Assembly: GCF_006345805.1 (NCBI RefSeq)
Contig: NC_043006.1
Span: 52,638,001-52,702,000 of the forward strand
Length of the DNA stretch: 64,000 bases
DNA from: Octopus sinensis
Taxonomy: Eukaryota
Direction of reading: 5' to 3'
The notes under the pieces are model-generated. The model worked only from the letters and a program-made list of their open reading frames with translations. It searched no databases and was not told where the DNA came from. A program made the position numbers and the translations under genes. Positions 39,661 to 53,439 of this stretch are shown here, piece by piece; within the stretch, counting starts at the first letter, position 1, and each line of letters opens with the position of its first letter.

Positions 39661-41007
39661 TGATTGGCTTGTTTGCTGCTGTCATTGTTCAGCTCCAGAT
39701 CAGCATTTATCAAGACATCTTATCAGAGGCATTACAGCCGTGACCATTCCATCTTCTTCATATCTGCATAGGAAATAAGGACCACATTATCCAGCATGCT
39801 CGTTTCTAATACACTAGGATGTAATTTCAGGAAGGTTTAAGGTATATTTGGTTACGTTACTAAATTCAGTGATATCGAGTAACCACCAAGAGGCTACTGC
39901 TTTGAGTTTTTTTATTCGCTGAAAACAAAAAACCTTACGGTATTTCGTCATGGTCCTTTACGTTCTGAGTTCAAATCCCGCTAGGTTCAATTTCGCTGTC
40001 CCTCTGCGGTCGATATTACAAATACCAGTCAATATAGTAGATTGTTTCCTAAAGATCAATATGGTTGATCAACCGTTTATGGATTCTTCTAATTAAGGTA
40101 GCTGATGGATTTTAATGTTTCCCCATCATAAAAAATGTATTTAAACGTTCGAAATAAATATTTTCAACTATGTATACATAAGTTGCTGCCATGGTTTTGC
40201 GATTTAGAGTTTTGCTCGAAACTACGTGATTCCAGGTTTCTAACTTACCGCACACCACCTGGGGTGATCCACATTGAAGCTTATTTGGTCACATATATTC
40301 TAATGAATGTTTACTATATTACTTTTCTATAAGATCCATCAACCATTAACTCAGCTGTGAAAAACAAATTTCCATTTAGCACTAAAAAGGTTGTACTTAA
40401 CACATCCAATTTCTAAGGGATTACAATCAAATAATAAGGATGATGGTATATGCTGTTGATGCCAGCATAAAGACCACAGTAAGGGCGCACGTATTTAAAT
40501 TTAGAAATGTATTATATAGCCAAGAGAAAGATACAGCCATTGGTGGTCATCATCATCGTAGCCAACTCATATAAAAACACACTTTGTCCTGACAACAACA
40601 GCAGTAGAACATGTACAACCAGCTCACAAATAAGCAGCAACACTAAAAATGGAGCATACTATTTATAATAGGGAGTGTTTGTCCAGGATAGGACTACACA
40701 GCCACAGCAGGAAATGTATCAGGACATGAAATGTAAAAGCCGGACTAGACTACTTTATGCGCAACTCCATTGTCTCCCGAAACAAAAAGGATGCCAACCA
40801 ACCAATATTTATAATGCAGAGAAAAGCAGTAATGTGATGATACCAACACAAATCTATGAAGGAGAAATGGCTCCTTGCTGTTGTGCAAGAGCTGCAGGAA
40901 AGAAACAAACAATACTTTTATCAATAAGGCGGACAGAAACACAGTACTTCGATAAAGAGCTATTATAAAATTCTAAAAGATCCACCACGAAAACATGAAG
41001 CTTCACA

Positions 41008-41065
<58 letters not shown>

Positions 41066-42200
41066 TATATTATATATATATATATATTATGTATATATAT
41101 GAAGAGATAATGGTGTCATTGAGACCCAAAGGTGTCAGGTAATGCTGATAAATACTATAGATAGACAGACCATAGTTAAGTTCCAGATTCGGTAATATTG
41201 CGAATGAAGGGTTCAACTTTGGTGCTATGTCAGCGCGTGTATATAAGAATTTTTTGCGTAATAAGATAAAAAAAACCAAGGCTCTACAGTTATTAGAGCA
41301 TTTATAGATCTATAAATGCTCTAATATCTATACAGCCTTGGTTTTTTATCTTATTATGCAAAAGAATTCTTATATATATATATAAGAAGTGAGTCTTGAC
41401 GCTTCGTATCTATTCAATGACAACGAATAGTATAAAGATGCAATGAGACTACAACCAATTAAAGCCAACCGCATATATACACACGTGTTCCTAAGCTGCC
41501 AATGATAAAAGAAATTAATATGCCATCGATTTACGCACTTGCTATAGATATCTGACACAATAACAGAAAATCAGTTGAAAACTCTCACCCACCATCTGGA
41601 AAATCTATACTCATTGAAAACGTCATAGTGGTGATGTAACGAAATATTTAACGAAGGAAAGAACAAAAATAAGAAATATGGACAAAGTACAATCTTATAG
41701 GCTTTATAGTCTTATAGGCTTTTAAAATGCTACTTTTTCAAAATACAACAATATAGCAATTAAGTATTTTAGCAAATAAATCCTTTGTTCTCCTGAGTTA
41801 AGAATGATTGTTTAGCCAACGGTATGGTATTTGGAGAAACACCTCTTGTTTGCAAAGCGGTTTTATAATTGGCGTGATATGACAAATAGATCTTAACTAA
41901 ATTGCATGGTCACCTTCCAAATCACTCCCAGTTTTAAATATTTCGTTTAAAAACCTACTGATTAGCAATTTATGGTGTTTCTATCATGATAAAACAAAAT
42001 GAATTTTCAGAAACACACGCAATACACACACATATAATATATGCCTGTATGTGTGTATCTATGAATACATATGTATGTATGTATACACACGCACACACAC
42101 ATACATAAATACATACATGGATATATATATACGTATATATATGTATATATATATATATGTATATATATATATACACACAGATAGATAGATAGATAGATAT

Positions 42201-42283
<83 letters not shown>

Positions 42284-42899
42284 CGTATCTATACACTCAC
42301 ACATATCTATGGATACGTGCATCCACATTCACAAATATTTGTGCATGGAGGCGTAGTTTAATATACATGTAACCGAATAGTGAGGATTTTATCTTGTAAT
42401 TTTGGGTTCGATCTCTGTCAGTGACACCTTTGGGCAAGTGTCTTTTCCGTTGTTTCAAATCAATCCCTCCCTTGTCAGTAGACGCAAACTGCATGGAAGA
42501 AAGAGAGAAATACACACACATACACACATACACACACACACTCACACAGGGTGGGGGGGGGATAAATTTCAAGCTTTTTTTATGTATCCCTTTTTCAGGA
42601 AAAACTTGCTGTATCGATGAACAGTTAACGGCGTTGGAAAGCATAACGATTAAATTTCTAATGAGCAGAAAGGTAGCTGGAAACTTCTAAATATTGGAAA
42701 AGAGTTATTTGTATCACAATGATTCGCCCTGGGTATCAAAATGCCGACATCCAGATTGCTTTTCAATGCTCTATGAACACTGCAAAAGCTGTAAGACGTG
42801 AACTGGACATCATGAAAGGTAAGTTCCCCAAATTCCAAATTGAGATGGCCTTTTAGTGTGTCTCTAGTGAGGTCGACGTCATACCGCACAATGTCTTTG

Positions 42900-43310
42900 A
42901 AAAGATCTTTAATCTCAATTCAGACGGCTACGTAAAGCTGCTGAAGACAGTGGTCAAATCCTAGCTGGAGAGGATTACTGATGGAAGGGCATATGAATAG
43001 CTACATGATTTGGCTCGTTGTCATAACTCCACAAAGAATCAGAAATGATTGTCGGAGAATATTGACGATTTTACGAACCCCAATTTCTAACCTCCTCATT
43101 TCTCCGAGTGTAGTTCCATGGATTACTATATGAGGGCGCGGTTGAGAAAGACATCAACCGCTCTGCCTGCAACGCCAAAACCAAGCTGGACATCAATATC
43201 AAGGAGGTGTTCAAAGATCTCTCCAAGAACACAATTTAGAACGCATGCACTGGATTCTGGAGCCATCTTGAGGCCGTGATGGAAACTGAAGGATGCTATT
43301 TTGAGTAAAC
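42900..43310 (+). mobile_element. maT/DD37D-like transposase remnant, second copy
   Basis: Homologous to 17560-18000. Confidence 0.75.
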
Positions 43311-43471
43311 TATTATCTCTTAGCCATAAACCAGTTGATATCTTTTTACTTTTTAAAAGACTTATATTTTATTAAGATATTTTTTTTTTTTTTTTCCTTT
43401 TATGCAAACTGTCAAGTTTAGCTCGAATACCTTATATCTGTCTGTCTCCTCTCTCTATCTATCCATCTATC

Positions 43472-43530
<59 letters not shown>

Positions 43531-43557
43531 GTTTGTCAGTCTGTCTGTCTGTCTACC

Positions 43558-43592
<35 letters not shown>

Positions 43593-43608
43593 ATATATAT
43601 ATATATAT

Positions 43609-43640
<32 letters not shown>

Positions 43641-43680
43641 GTATATATATATATGTAAATATAAATATAAATATAAATAA

Positions 43681-44154
43681 AGGCGGCGAGCTAGCAGAAT
43701 GGTTAGCACGCCGGGCGAAATGCGTAGCCGTATTTCGTCTGTCGTTACGCTGTGAGTTCAAATTCCGCCGAGGTCGACTTTGCCTTTCATCCTTTCGGGG
43801 TCGATAAATTAAGTACCAGTTACGCATTGGGGTCGATGGAATCGACTTAATACCTATGTCTGTCCTTGTTTGTTCCCATCTATGTTTAGCCCCTTGTGGG
43901 TAATAAAGAAATAGGTATTTCGTCTGCCGCTAATGTCCTGAGTTCAAATTCCCCCGTGGTCGACTTTACCTTTCATCCTTTCGGGGTCGATTAAATAAGT
44001 ACCAGTTACGCACTGGATCGATATAATCGACTTAATCCGTTTGTCTGTCCTTGTTTGTCCTCTCTGTGTTTAGCCCCTTGTGGGTAGTAAAGAAATAGGT
44101 ATTTCGTCTATCTTTTTGTTCTGAGCCAAATTCCGCCGAGGTCGACTTTCTCTT
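43681..44154 (+). mobile_element. SINE family A, head plus three tandem bodies (third cut by the gap)
   Basis: GTATTTCGTC at 43730, 43915 and 44099. Confidence 0.85.
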
Positions 44155-44254
44155 NNNNNNNNNNNNNNNNNNNNNNNNNNNNNNNNNNNNNNNNNNNNNN
44201 NNNNNNNNNNNNNNNNNNNNNNNNNNNNNNNNNNNNNNNNNNNNNNNNNNNNNN
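44155..44254. other. Assembly gap, 100 N
   Basis: Directly visible. Confidence 1.
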
Positions 44255-44269
44255 GATTGAAGATATTGG

Positions 44270-44580
44270 GTCTACAGGGGGTTTGCACTGTCTGTCAAGT
44301 CACAACAAGGACCTCAGACAGACAGTACTTTACGCAATATGCGTGCAGTTCCAAGTAAAGCCGATTTCTGCTATACACCTAGATTGTAGGGTATTTCTAA
44401 AGTTTCCCTATGTTTCTTCAGGTTAGGTGCTGTTGAACTCAATGCTCCGATGACAACAGGGCCAAACTTTATCTCTGACTCACGTAGCGGCCACATTTTT
44501 ACGATCTCAATTCTCAGGTCTCCATATTTATCAATGTTCCTGATATCATGTTCATCTGCTGGGACTGCCATGTTGATTAA
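44270..44580 (-). mobile_element. R4/Dong-type restriction-like endonuclease C-terminus
   Basis: AVPADEHDIRNIDKYGDLRIEIVKMW...PVVIGALS...LGV then QKSALLGTARILRKVL. Confidence 0.8.
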
Positions 44581-44634
44581 TAGGTACTATTGTATGTCGC
44601 TCCTGAAGGTTACTATGTAATGATAATGATATTA

Positions 44635-44673
<39 letters not shown>

Positions 44674-44721
44674 TATTATTATTATTGCTGTTATTATTAT
44701 TATAATTAATGATAATGATAC

Positions 44722-44764
<43 letters not shown>

Positions 44765-45036
44765 GCTGTTGTTGTTGTTGTTATTGATATTATTATCATT
44801 AACTTATAAGTCGGCGCGCTGGCAGAGTCGTTAGTACGCCGGGCGAAATGCTTAGCGGTATTTCTTCTACCGCTACGTTCTGAGTTCAAATTCCGCCGGG
44901 GTCGACTTTCGTGGTCGATCAAATAATTATCAGGGGTCGACGAAATCACCAAGCTCATTTCCCCAAATTTCAGGCCTTGTGCCTATAGTAGAAAGGATTA
45001 TTATTATTATTATCATTATTATTATTATTATTAATG

Positions 45037-45094
<58 letters not shown>

Positions 45095-45095
<1 letters not shown>

Positions 45096-45600
45096 TTCTG
45101 ATCTGAACCGATTGGAGAAGTGTTATCATGTACATTGTTTTGTCTTGGTATAAAAGATGGGCTACAGCAAATATTCTGCTCAATACCAGAGATTTGCTTG
45201 TCAGTTGTTTGACCGTAAGCAGTTGAGCATGTCCTTTAGTGGCTGACGATATGTGCATCTCTGATCACGAGCAGAAGTAGTGGGGGAGCATCATAGCCAT
45301 GTGTTGAGAGGGATTCTTTGGGGTTTGAAACATGGGTGGTTCTTTCAACATCCTTAAACAACCCTTATTCAGGGACCTTTTGAGCGGGATGGGCTACTCA
45401 ACCTGAAGAAATTTCTAACTGGGCCCCACCTGCAAGGTCATGTGCTGTTTATCTTAATATGAGATCACCATGTCGCGCACATATGGTTGTGATGCATGTG
45501 CTTGGTGTACCCTTATCAGACGGGTAGTCATGATGGGTATATTAGGCTTCGTATATTTTACCCCAGTGTCACTTTGATGGCATGAACTGCTCTCTCACTC
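45095..45600 (+). mobile_element. Non-coding ~500-530-bp (TAA)n-associated interspersed repeat
   Basis: Bounded by (TAA)n. An inverted copy lies at 45895-46424, with partial copies at 19220-19420, 30740-30920 and 47073-47290. Confidence 0.8.
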
Positions 45601-46501
45601 AATAATAATAATAATGATGATGATAATAATAATAAAAATGATAATAATACTAATAATAATAATTATAAGGCGTTGAGGTGGCAGAATCGTTAGCTCCCCG
45701 GACAAATTACTGAACGGTATTTCGTCCGTCCTTACGTTCTGGGTTCAAATTCCACCAAGTTCGACTTTGTTTTTCCTTCTTTCCGTGTCAATCGAATAAG
45801 TACTAGTTACGCACTGAGGTCGATGTAAACCCCTCTCCCAAAATTTCAGGCCTTGTGCCTGTAGTAGAAAGGATTATTTATTATTATTATTATTGAGTGA
45901 GGGAGCAGCACATGCTGTCAATGTGACACTGGGGTACAAATTTACGAAGCCCAATATATCCATCATGACTTCACATCTGATAAGAGTACATCAAGTACAT
46001 AGATCACAATCGTATGTGCGCAGCATGGTGATCTCATATCAAGTTAAAAAGCGCATGACCTTCAGGTCGAGTAGCCGATTCACACGCAAAAGATCCCTGA
46101 ATAAGGGTTGTTTAAGGATGATGAATGAAGCACCAATGTTTCCAGAGGTGAGTTATTCAAACTCTAGAGAATTTCTCTCAACGGATGGCTATGGTGCTCC
46201 CCCACTACTTCTGCTCGTGATCAGAGATGCACATATCGTCAGCCACTAAGGAACGTGCTCAACTGGTGATGGTCAAACAACTGACAAGCAAATCTGTGGT
46301 ACTGAACAGAATATTTGCTGTAGACCATCTTTTATGCCAAGGCACACCATGTATATGATAACACTTCCAATCATTTAAGTTCAGAAGCTATGAGAGCCAC
46401 TGCTTTGTACTGCATCAGAGCATTTATTATTGTTGTTGTTGCTATTATTATTATTGTTGTTGTTGTTGTTGTTATTGTTGTTATTGTTATTATTATTATT
46501 A

Positions 46502-46558
<57 letters not shown>

Positions 46559-46789
46559 AGCGGTGAGCTGGCAGAACCCTTAGCACGCCGGGTAAAATTC
46601 TTAGCGACATGCCACCCGTCTTTACGTTCTAAGTTCAAATTCCGCCGAAGTCCACTTTACCTTTCATTCTATCGGGACAATACATTTATGTCGACTGGGA
46701 CAGTCATATCAATGAGGAGTCATGATTTTTGTCTGAAGTCCTTCAATATAATGTCTGGCCTATTTGCATTTATCCTTCTGTCAGGTTGA

Positions 46790-47040
46790 ACGCTGAAGTT
46801 CCAGAGAAGTGAGATGTGATCATTTTCAAGCGCTGGCGGTAGTTTGTGTTCCCACCAGTTATTATTATTATTACTATTCAGTAGTTTTATTTTTATAGTG
46901 TGCTTTCACTTCACTACCGAGCGCAGCTCTGTGTGCCTTGGGTATGTGCTGTGATTTGTTGTGATGCTCTGATGGTTATTGTATGGAAAGTGTTCTGCGT
47001 AGGATGTGTGCAGTGCCTAGTAGTGCAATTTTCTGTATGT
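46790..47040 (-). mobile_element. R4/Dong-type 3' end
   Basis: QKIALLGTAHILRRTLSIQ*, then a 3' UTR running into (TAA)n. Confidence 0.75.
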
Positions 47041-47294
47041 TAATTATTATTATTATTATTATTATTATTATTGACTGAAGGAGCAGCGCATGCCATCAAA
47101 GTGACACTACGGTAAAATATACGAAGCCCAATATACCCATCATGATTATCCGCCTGCTAAAAGTTACACAAGGCTCATGCATCACGACAATATATGTGCG
47201 CACATAGTGATCTCATATCGAGATAAACAGCACATTACCTTCCAGGTGGGGACCAGTTAGAATTTTCTTCAAGTTGAGCAACCTATCCCGCTCG

Positions 47295-47950
47295 TTTTCT
47301 CATGGTCAGTTACTGTTCCAGTTTTAGTTTAGATTTCAGTTGTTTTACAACTTTTGCTGTTTCCTCTTTTTCTTCATAGTTGTTAGGTACTATGACTTCA
47401 TTTTTGTATTTGTCAGCTTCCTTATAGAGTGAAAACAGTTTTTTTTGTTTTGGTCATGTTTTGTGGCTATTTATATTTATTTCCCTTGCTTTTGAAGTAG
47501 GTATTTCTGTAGTCCTATGACGCTTATTTTGTAATAGTTTTCTAGCTGTATAAGGCTTCTACTAACCTCGATACTTTGTATATATAGCCTTTCTATGTCA
47601 GATTTTGGGTGGTGCATCCTAAATCATATCATTATTTTTCTTGTTTTCCTGTCTACTTTGATTAGTTCATTTAGAGTCCAGTTAAGAATATCGTAGCTGT
47701 AACCTATAATTGGGACCGCTAGTGTGTTGACACCTGTTATCTTATTTTTCACATTGAGCTCTGTTTTCAGTATTAATCTAACTCGTCTATAGTATTCCTT
47801 TTTTATCATGTCTTTCAGCGTATCTAGTTCATTGATTCCTAAGTATTTGTATGTCTGGTTTTGGTCTAATTCTCTTATTTCATTTGCTTTACCTACTGTG
47901 ATGTTGCTACTCTTAACTAGGTTTCCTCTTTCCATGGTTGCTTTAGCTCA
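47295..47950 (-). mobile_element. R4/Dong-type RT C-terminal fragment
   Basis: YKYLGINE...KKEYYRRVRLILKTELN...NTLAVPIIGYSY...DRKTRKIM and MHHPKSDIERLY. Confidence 0.8.
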
Positions 47951-48009
47951 TTTATCTTCTTCTTCTTCTTCTTCTTCTTCTTCTTCTTCTTCTTCTTCTT
48001 CTTCTTCTT

Positions 48010-48061
<52 letters not shown>

Positions 48062-49841
48062 TCCTGATCAGTTAATAAGCAACACCGAAAAATATATATA
48101 CGTGTATGCATACATACATACATACATACATACATACATACATACATACATACATACACACACTAATGCACACCATATAAATTCTTTTGAGGAAATGGCC
48201 ATTCTTCTGGCCAGACGATCGCTTTCTATTTGTTTGATTAAATCATGTTTTTCTGGAGACCGGAAGTCACATTAATTTTCCCATTTATTGTGCGAGAATT
48301 TCTATACCTCTACAAATATACAGACACATATACAACACTCCAGAACTCTCCAACAGAAACATCATAAACTGACTATCTCTTCCAATTATCCCATGCATAC
48401 AAAAACGTACATATACACAGAAATATTTGCAGCATGAATGATTTCATTAGATTAACTTTACTAATATTGGTTTCAAATTTTGGCAAACAGCCAGCAATTT
48501 TGAGGCTCATTTTATCAATCCCGAAAGGGGGGGAATGTAAAGTCGTCCTTGTGGGAATTTGAACTCAGAACATAAGGATGGATGAAATGTCGCTAAGCAT
48601 GTTGTCCAGCGTGCTAACGATTCTGCCAGCTGGACGCGTTATTTACTCTACTAACACTGGTTTCAAATTTTAGCATACAGCTAGCAATTTGGTGGGAGGG
48701 GTAAGTCGGTTACATCGACCCGAGTGCTCAACTGGTACGTATTTTATCGGACCCGAAAGATGAAAGGCGAAGTCGACCTCGGTGGAATTTGAACTCGGAA
48801 CGTAATGACAGACGAAACACCGCTAAGCATTTTCCCCAGCGTGCCTGTTTGCCACCTTATTCTTTTTATGTCTCTTTGCCACCTTACTCACTCTACTAAA
48901 ATTAATTTCTAGGGAACAGTAACTGTGACACTCAGGCAGATGTCACATCGCTCGTTCAGGTTGGTATTTCTCGCAGAATCGACGGGTTTTACAGACTTAA
49001 ACTGAACAGCTGAGATCGTGCTGTAAGTACAGACTATTACATAGTACCTATATGATTCATTGTTTCACACTGTAGGGTACAGTACAGTGATATGGTGAAC
49101 TCAATAAAAAAAACAGATCTGTGGGTCATATATAGTCATTCAAAGAAGTACGTAAGTACTATGTGACTGCTCAATCATAGCTGCCTAGACACGATACAAC
49201 AAAGAAAAAAAGCCCTCACAGCTACCACCATCACTATCATCATCATCGTCATCTAGTTAAGTTGATGTTAACATGAAGTGAGAATTTACTATGTTGTTAG
49301 GAATACTTATACAGTGAAGAAAAGATGGCATTAGCTTAATGACTAAATGTTTATGTTAATTTCAGAGAAGTACGAGGTAGCTTAAGACTTGTTTCGTTTC
49401 TGTTAGACATCCCCAGAGAGGTATAAACTACAACATACTTGCCGAAATAGTGGTAAGAGACTCACTAAGGCAACAATATTATCCACAAGTATTTATGTAA
49501 AAAAAGAAAAAGCATATTTCAAAAAGTAAATTACTGAGAGACACCATCTACAATATCCTCTCACTTAACATATTGGACAATGTTCGATGTTTTCTTTCCA
49601 TTTTTGAAGACAGTAGGATGTGATATGAATGAAGACAATGATATAGCTGCTTTTGTTAGCAGGTCGAGAGATCACGTAGAGACGGTGGTGTTATAATATA
49701 GTTTTGCTGAATGTTGTAGATGTATGTAGACAGTGTATAAGTGATGATTTTCTAAGGATGGTGCGGTTATTATGTTCATAGATGTTGCATATGCTCCTGA
49801 CTTGAATCAAAGCAATGTTTACTAAGAAGCATGTTGTAACC

Positions 49842-50034
49842 CAGTGGTTCCCAACCAGATTTATCCTATGGATCCCTTTGATTCCGATTTTACTCTACTC
49901 GACCGCCATTGTTATTTTTAATGTTAAATATCATTAGGAATTGTATCAAAAAGTGTCAAAATATTTTGTGTATTGTAGATGTATAAGCAATTTATTGCAT
50001 ATAAATTTTAACAAAATTATTATATGAACCACTG
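49842..50034. mobile_element. hAT MITE
   Basis: CAGTGGTTC / GAACCACTG termini; 8-bp flanks ttgtaacc and ttgtaata. Confidence 0.7.
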
Positions 50035-50997
50035 TTGTAATAGTGTTCATAGTGCAATAGGTGTGTCTGGATTGAGTGCGAAGGATATTGTATGAAGAAT
50101 AGAGTTGTAGCAATGTTTACGGGTGTTGTTGACGTTTTGATTGAGTGTAAGAGACAATTTTCAATGGATGATACTATAGCAGTGTTCTTGGCTGCTGTAG
50201 ATATGACTTGGTAATTGCATATGTTGTACATGTAATACTGGAGATTGAGTGACTTAGCAATATATTAGAGAAATGGAATATCCTCCATCAGATGTTTATA
50301 TACCCTTTACTTTGTAGTATAGATTGTTTGTCTGTAGCCTTTGATGATGTGAAGTACGTAATGGCTTCGTCCTTTAAATCTTGAAGATAATGGAAGAAAG
50401 TTCCGAAATACTAGGCGTGTATTATTCACTATCATTCTTCAATGTTCAGATTTTATATCACCCAATTCTAGAACTGAAGAAATACGCACCACTCGTGTAC
50501 AGGTCTTGATCCCTTCTGACAATATAAAAAGTTAAAGTGTTTTTGTCATCGTTGTTGCTATTAAGATGTGTTGCCCAAAATGCCTTGCAGTTTACTACCT
50601 GAGTTAAAATCCCGCAGAGAGAGAAATTTGCCTTTCATCTTGTCAGGGCTGATATAATAGCGTACTGCACCAAATTGATATTTCAGGCCCTGTGCCTATG
50701 TTATTAACATTGCTAGGGTGGTGGATTGGTAGAATACGTAGAGCATCGGATAAAATGCTTTGCAGTATTTGCTCGATCTCTTTACTTTCTTAATATAAAC
50801 TCGCTGAGAGCAGCTTTATCTTTCATCCTTCTTTCGTCTATAAAATTAAATACCAGTCAATTATTGGAGTCGATATAATCGATTATTCTCTTTCCCTGCA
50901 GTTCTAACCTTGAGTTCATGTTAAATTGCTATTGCTATCGTTGACGCAAATGTTTTCATTGTTGTTGCTGCTGCTTTTTTCTTTTGCTGTTGCTGCT

Positions 50998-51103
<106 letters not shown>

Positions 51104-52891
51104 CAGCCATTAATATTACTGTTGTCAAAAATAGAGGCGTGTAGGCAGAATCGTTGGTGAGCCTAACAAGATATTTAACAGCACTTCTTCAGGTTCTTTC
51201 TACTCTGACTTCAACTTCGCCCTTCCTCTTTTCGAGGTCGATAAAGTAAAGTATCAGTGGAGTACTGTGGTCAGTGATATCGACTAACCCTTGACCCCAA
51301 AATTGCTGAACCTGAGCTAAAATTTGAAACTATTAACATTATTGTTGTTAAGGTACGGTGATATCTATATATACCTGGTACAACAGAGAATGAATATATT
51401 TCACATAGTCACTCTAATTTTCGTCTTCGAATATCGATTTATCTCCCTTGCGGGATGTAATTAAATACCTGTAAAATGTTGGAGTTATTTCTATCTAATT
51501 CTTACAAAATCTGGCTTAATGCCTAACAGAAAGAATCAACAATTTTATCGGCATTGCCGGGGTGAAGTTAGATAAGGAAGAATAAGGCTTTACATTTATT
51601 GCATTTATTTGCGAATTCAATTCTAATTTGGAAGATGTCTGAAATATATACCAATAATCTACTATAAGTAAATATATATATATATATATGTATATGTGTA
51701 TATGTATATTATATATATATGCATAAATACACACATACATATGCACACATATACACAAACACATATTTATATTTCATTAATATTTAGTATAAGTAACAGA
51801 GTGAGTCAAGTTTGTAAGTGCTAACGCACGAAACTCTCGGTCCTTGTGTTACTCTGTTTCTTGTGCGTCACCAATCTATATATAGAGAGTGCAAATTCTA
51901 CTATCTTTCTACCTCGAAGTCATAATAGATATCTTAAGTCGTTTTTACTTCTCAGTCTATACAGGAAGACAAACTATATTCGATAAACTATCACTAGCCA
52001 GTACACATTCTTTATTTTCTCTTCTTGTTTTTATGTGTGTTCTTTTCAGTGGAAGAACGTAGGCTCGAAACGTTAAAGACTTTTTCACTTCCCGAGCGTT
52101 ATACTAATACATCTACTTGTTTCTACACCACCCGTCTTCGACTTTTATTGTTTTTTTTGGGGGGGGGGTGAATTTTTCCTATTTCTTACTCTAACTCAAG
52201 ATGAGAAATTATTTAAAAAATTGAATTGATGATATTGTTGTTGTTATTATTCATGTTGTTATTATTGTTGCAATTGTTTAGTCTCGTGTTATCTCTGATT
52301 TAGCAGACCTATAATCCAAGACGTTCCAACGTGATATTTCTACCATTCATTCAGTGAAAGCATATCTAACACTACATTATTCAGCGTGTGTTTTTTCCTT
52401 CTTTTTTGTTTTTTGATGCGGGTATATGGGTTCAATAAGGGACGTGAACTGACTGAATTGCTTGAACTTTGGCACAAAACGCCTTGTAATGGGTCGTTGC
52501 TAAATACTAAAATGTATTTAGTTACTCTATATACCGAGTTCTAATTACGTATTTCTAAAGTCGAGAAAATAAAATATCAATCAGATACTGGGGTTAATGT
52601 TACCTACTTACTCGCCTTCAAATATTACATCCTTGTTATAATTTTAGAAATCAATATGGGTTAAGTGTGAGTTGAAGGATAATTGATGGTTATTACTAGC
52701 ATTTATTGTGATCATTTAGTTACCTCTTTGCTGTACTATATATTGATGGTGCTTTGATTACATTTTTATATCTTTATTTCCTTGTGTGTTTGCTTGGTAG
52801 TTAAAAAGCCCCAACAAATATTTCAAATGAAGTATATAGAATAACAAAAATAATTAGATAAATAATCAAAAAAATTCAGTTTAGTACTCAC

Positions 52892-52952
52892 CGAAAAGAA
52901 AGCAGAAGAAATATAACTGTTTATACAGCTTTTCCATAACGTTTGATTTCAT
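52892..52952 (-). CDS. First coding exon of the peptide precursor: MKSNVMEKLYKQLYFFCFLF(G)
   Basis: ATG at 52952-52950; 61 nt; consensus donor G|GTGAGTA at 52891; phase 1 matches the acceptor at 33690 and completes a signal peptide. Confidence 0.7.
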
Positions 52953-52993
52953 GTGAGTTTCAGAGATGATAAAATTAATTTAAATGTTTATTT

Positions 52994-53098
52994 CTACGTT
53001 ACAGACTTATATTAACAAAACTACTGCCTTCACACCTCTTAGTTACTTCAGAAGCTGCCTACATAGATTGCATTTCGCAAGATCTCGCCGATACTTAC
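52994..53098 (-). other. Candidate 105-nt 5'-UTR intron of the peptide gene
   Basis: Strong donor GTG|GTAAGTA at 53098; weaker acceptor ctgtaacgtag ending at 52994. Confidence 0.4.
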
Positions 53099-53179
53099 CA
53101 CTTGGAAATAGAAGGCGTGGTCCACTTATCTCCAAAGTTAACAAGTAATTTCATCCTATTCCGAGAGTTTCCTGTATAG

Positions 53180-53214
<35 letters not shown>

Positions 53215-53396
53215 GCACACACACACACACACACGCACACACACATATACACACACATGTGAACGCGAAGTAGGCATGCTCACAAACATGGACGAGTGTG
53301 TGCGTATATGTAAGAGAGATTGGATGTCTGTGTGTATGTGCGAGCATACGTGCGTGCATGTGTGTATGTGTATCTGTCTGTGTGAGCATGCGTGTA

Positions 53397-53439
<43 letters not shown>

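Noticed and set aside
48900-50500. Faint RT-like wording on the minus strand (also 18650-19800, 34630-35200, 56600-57200)
   Set aside because: Too decayed to classify by eye; probably old LINEs.
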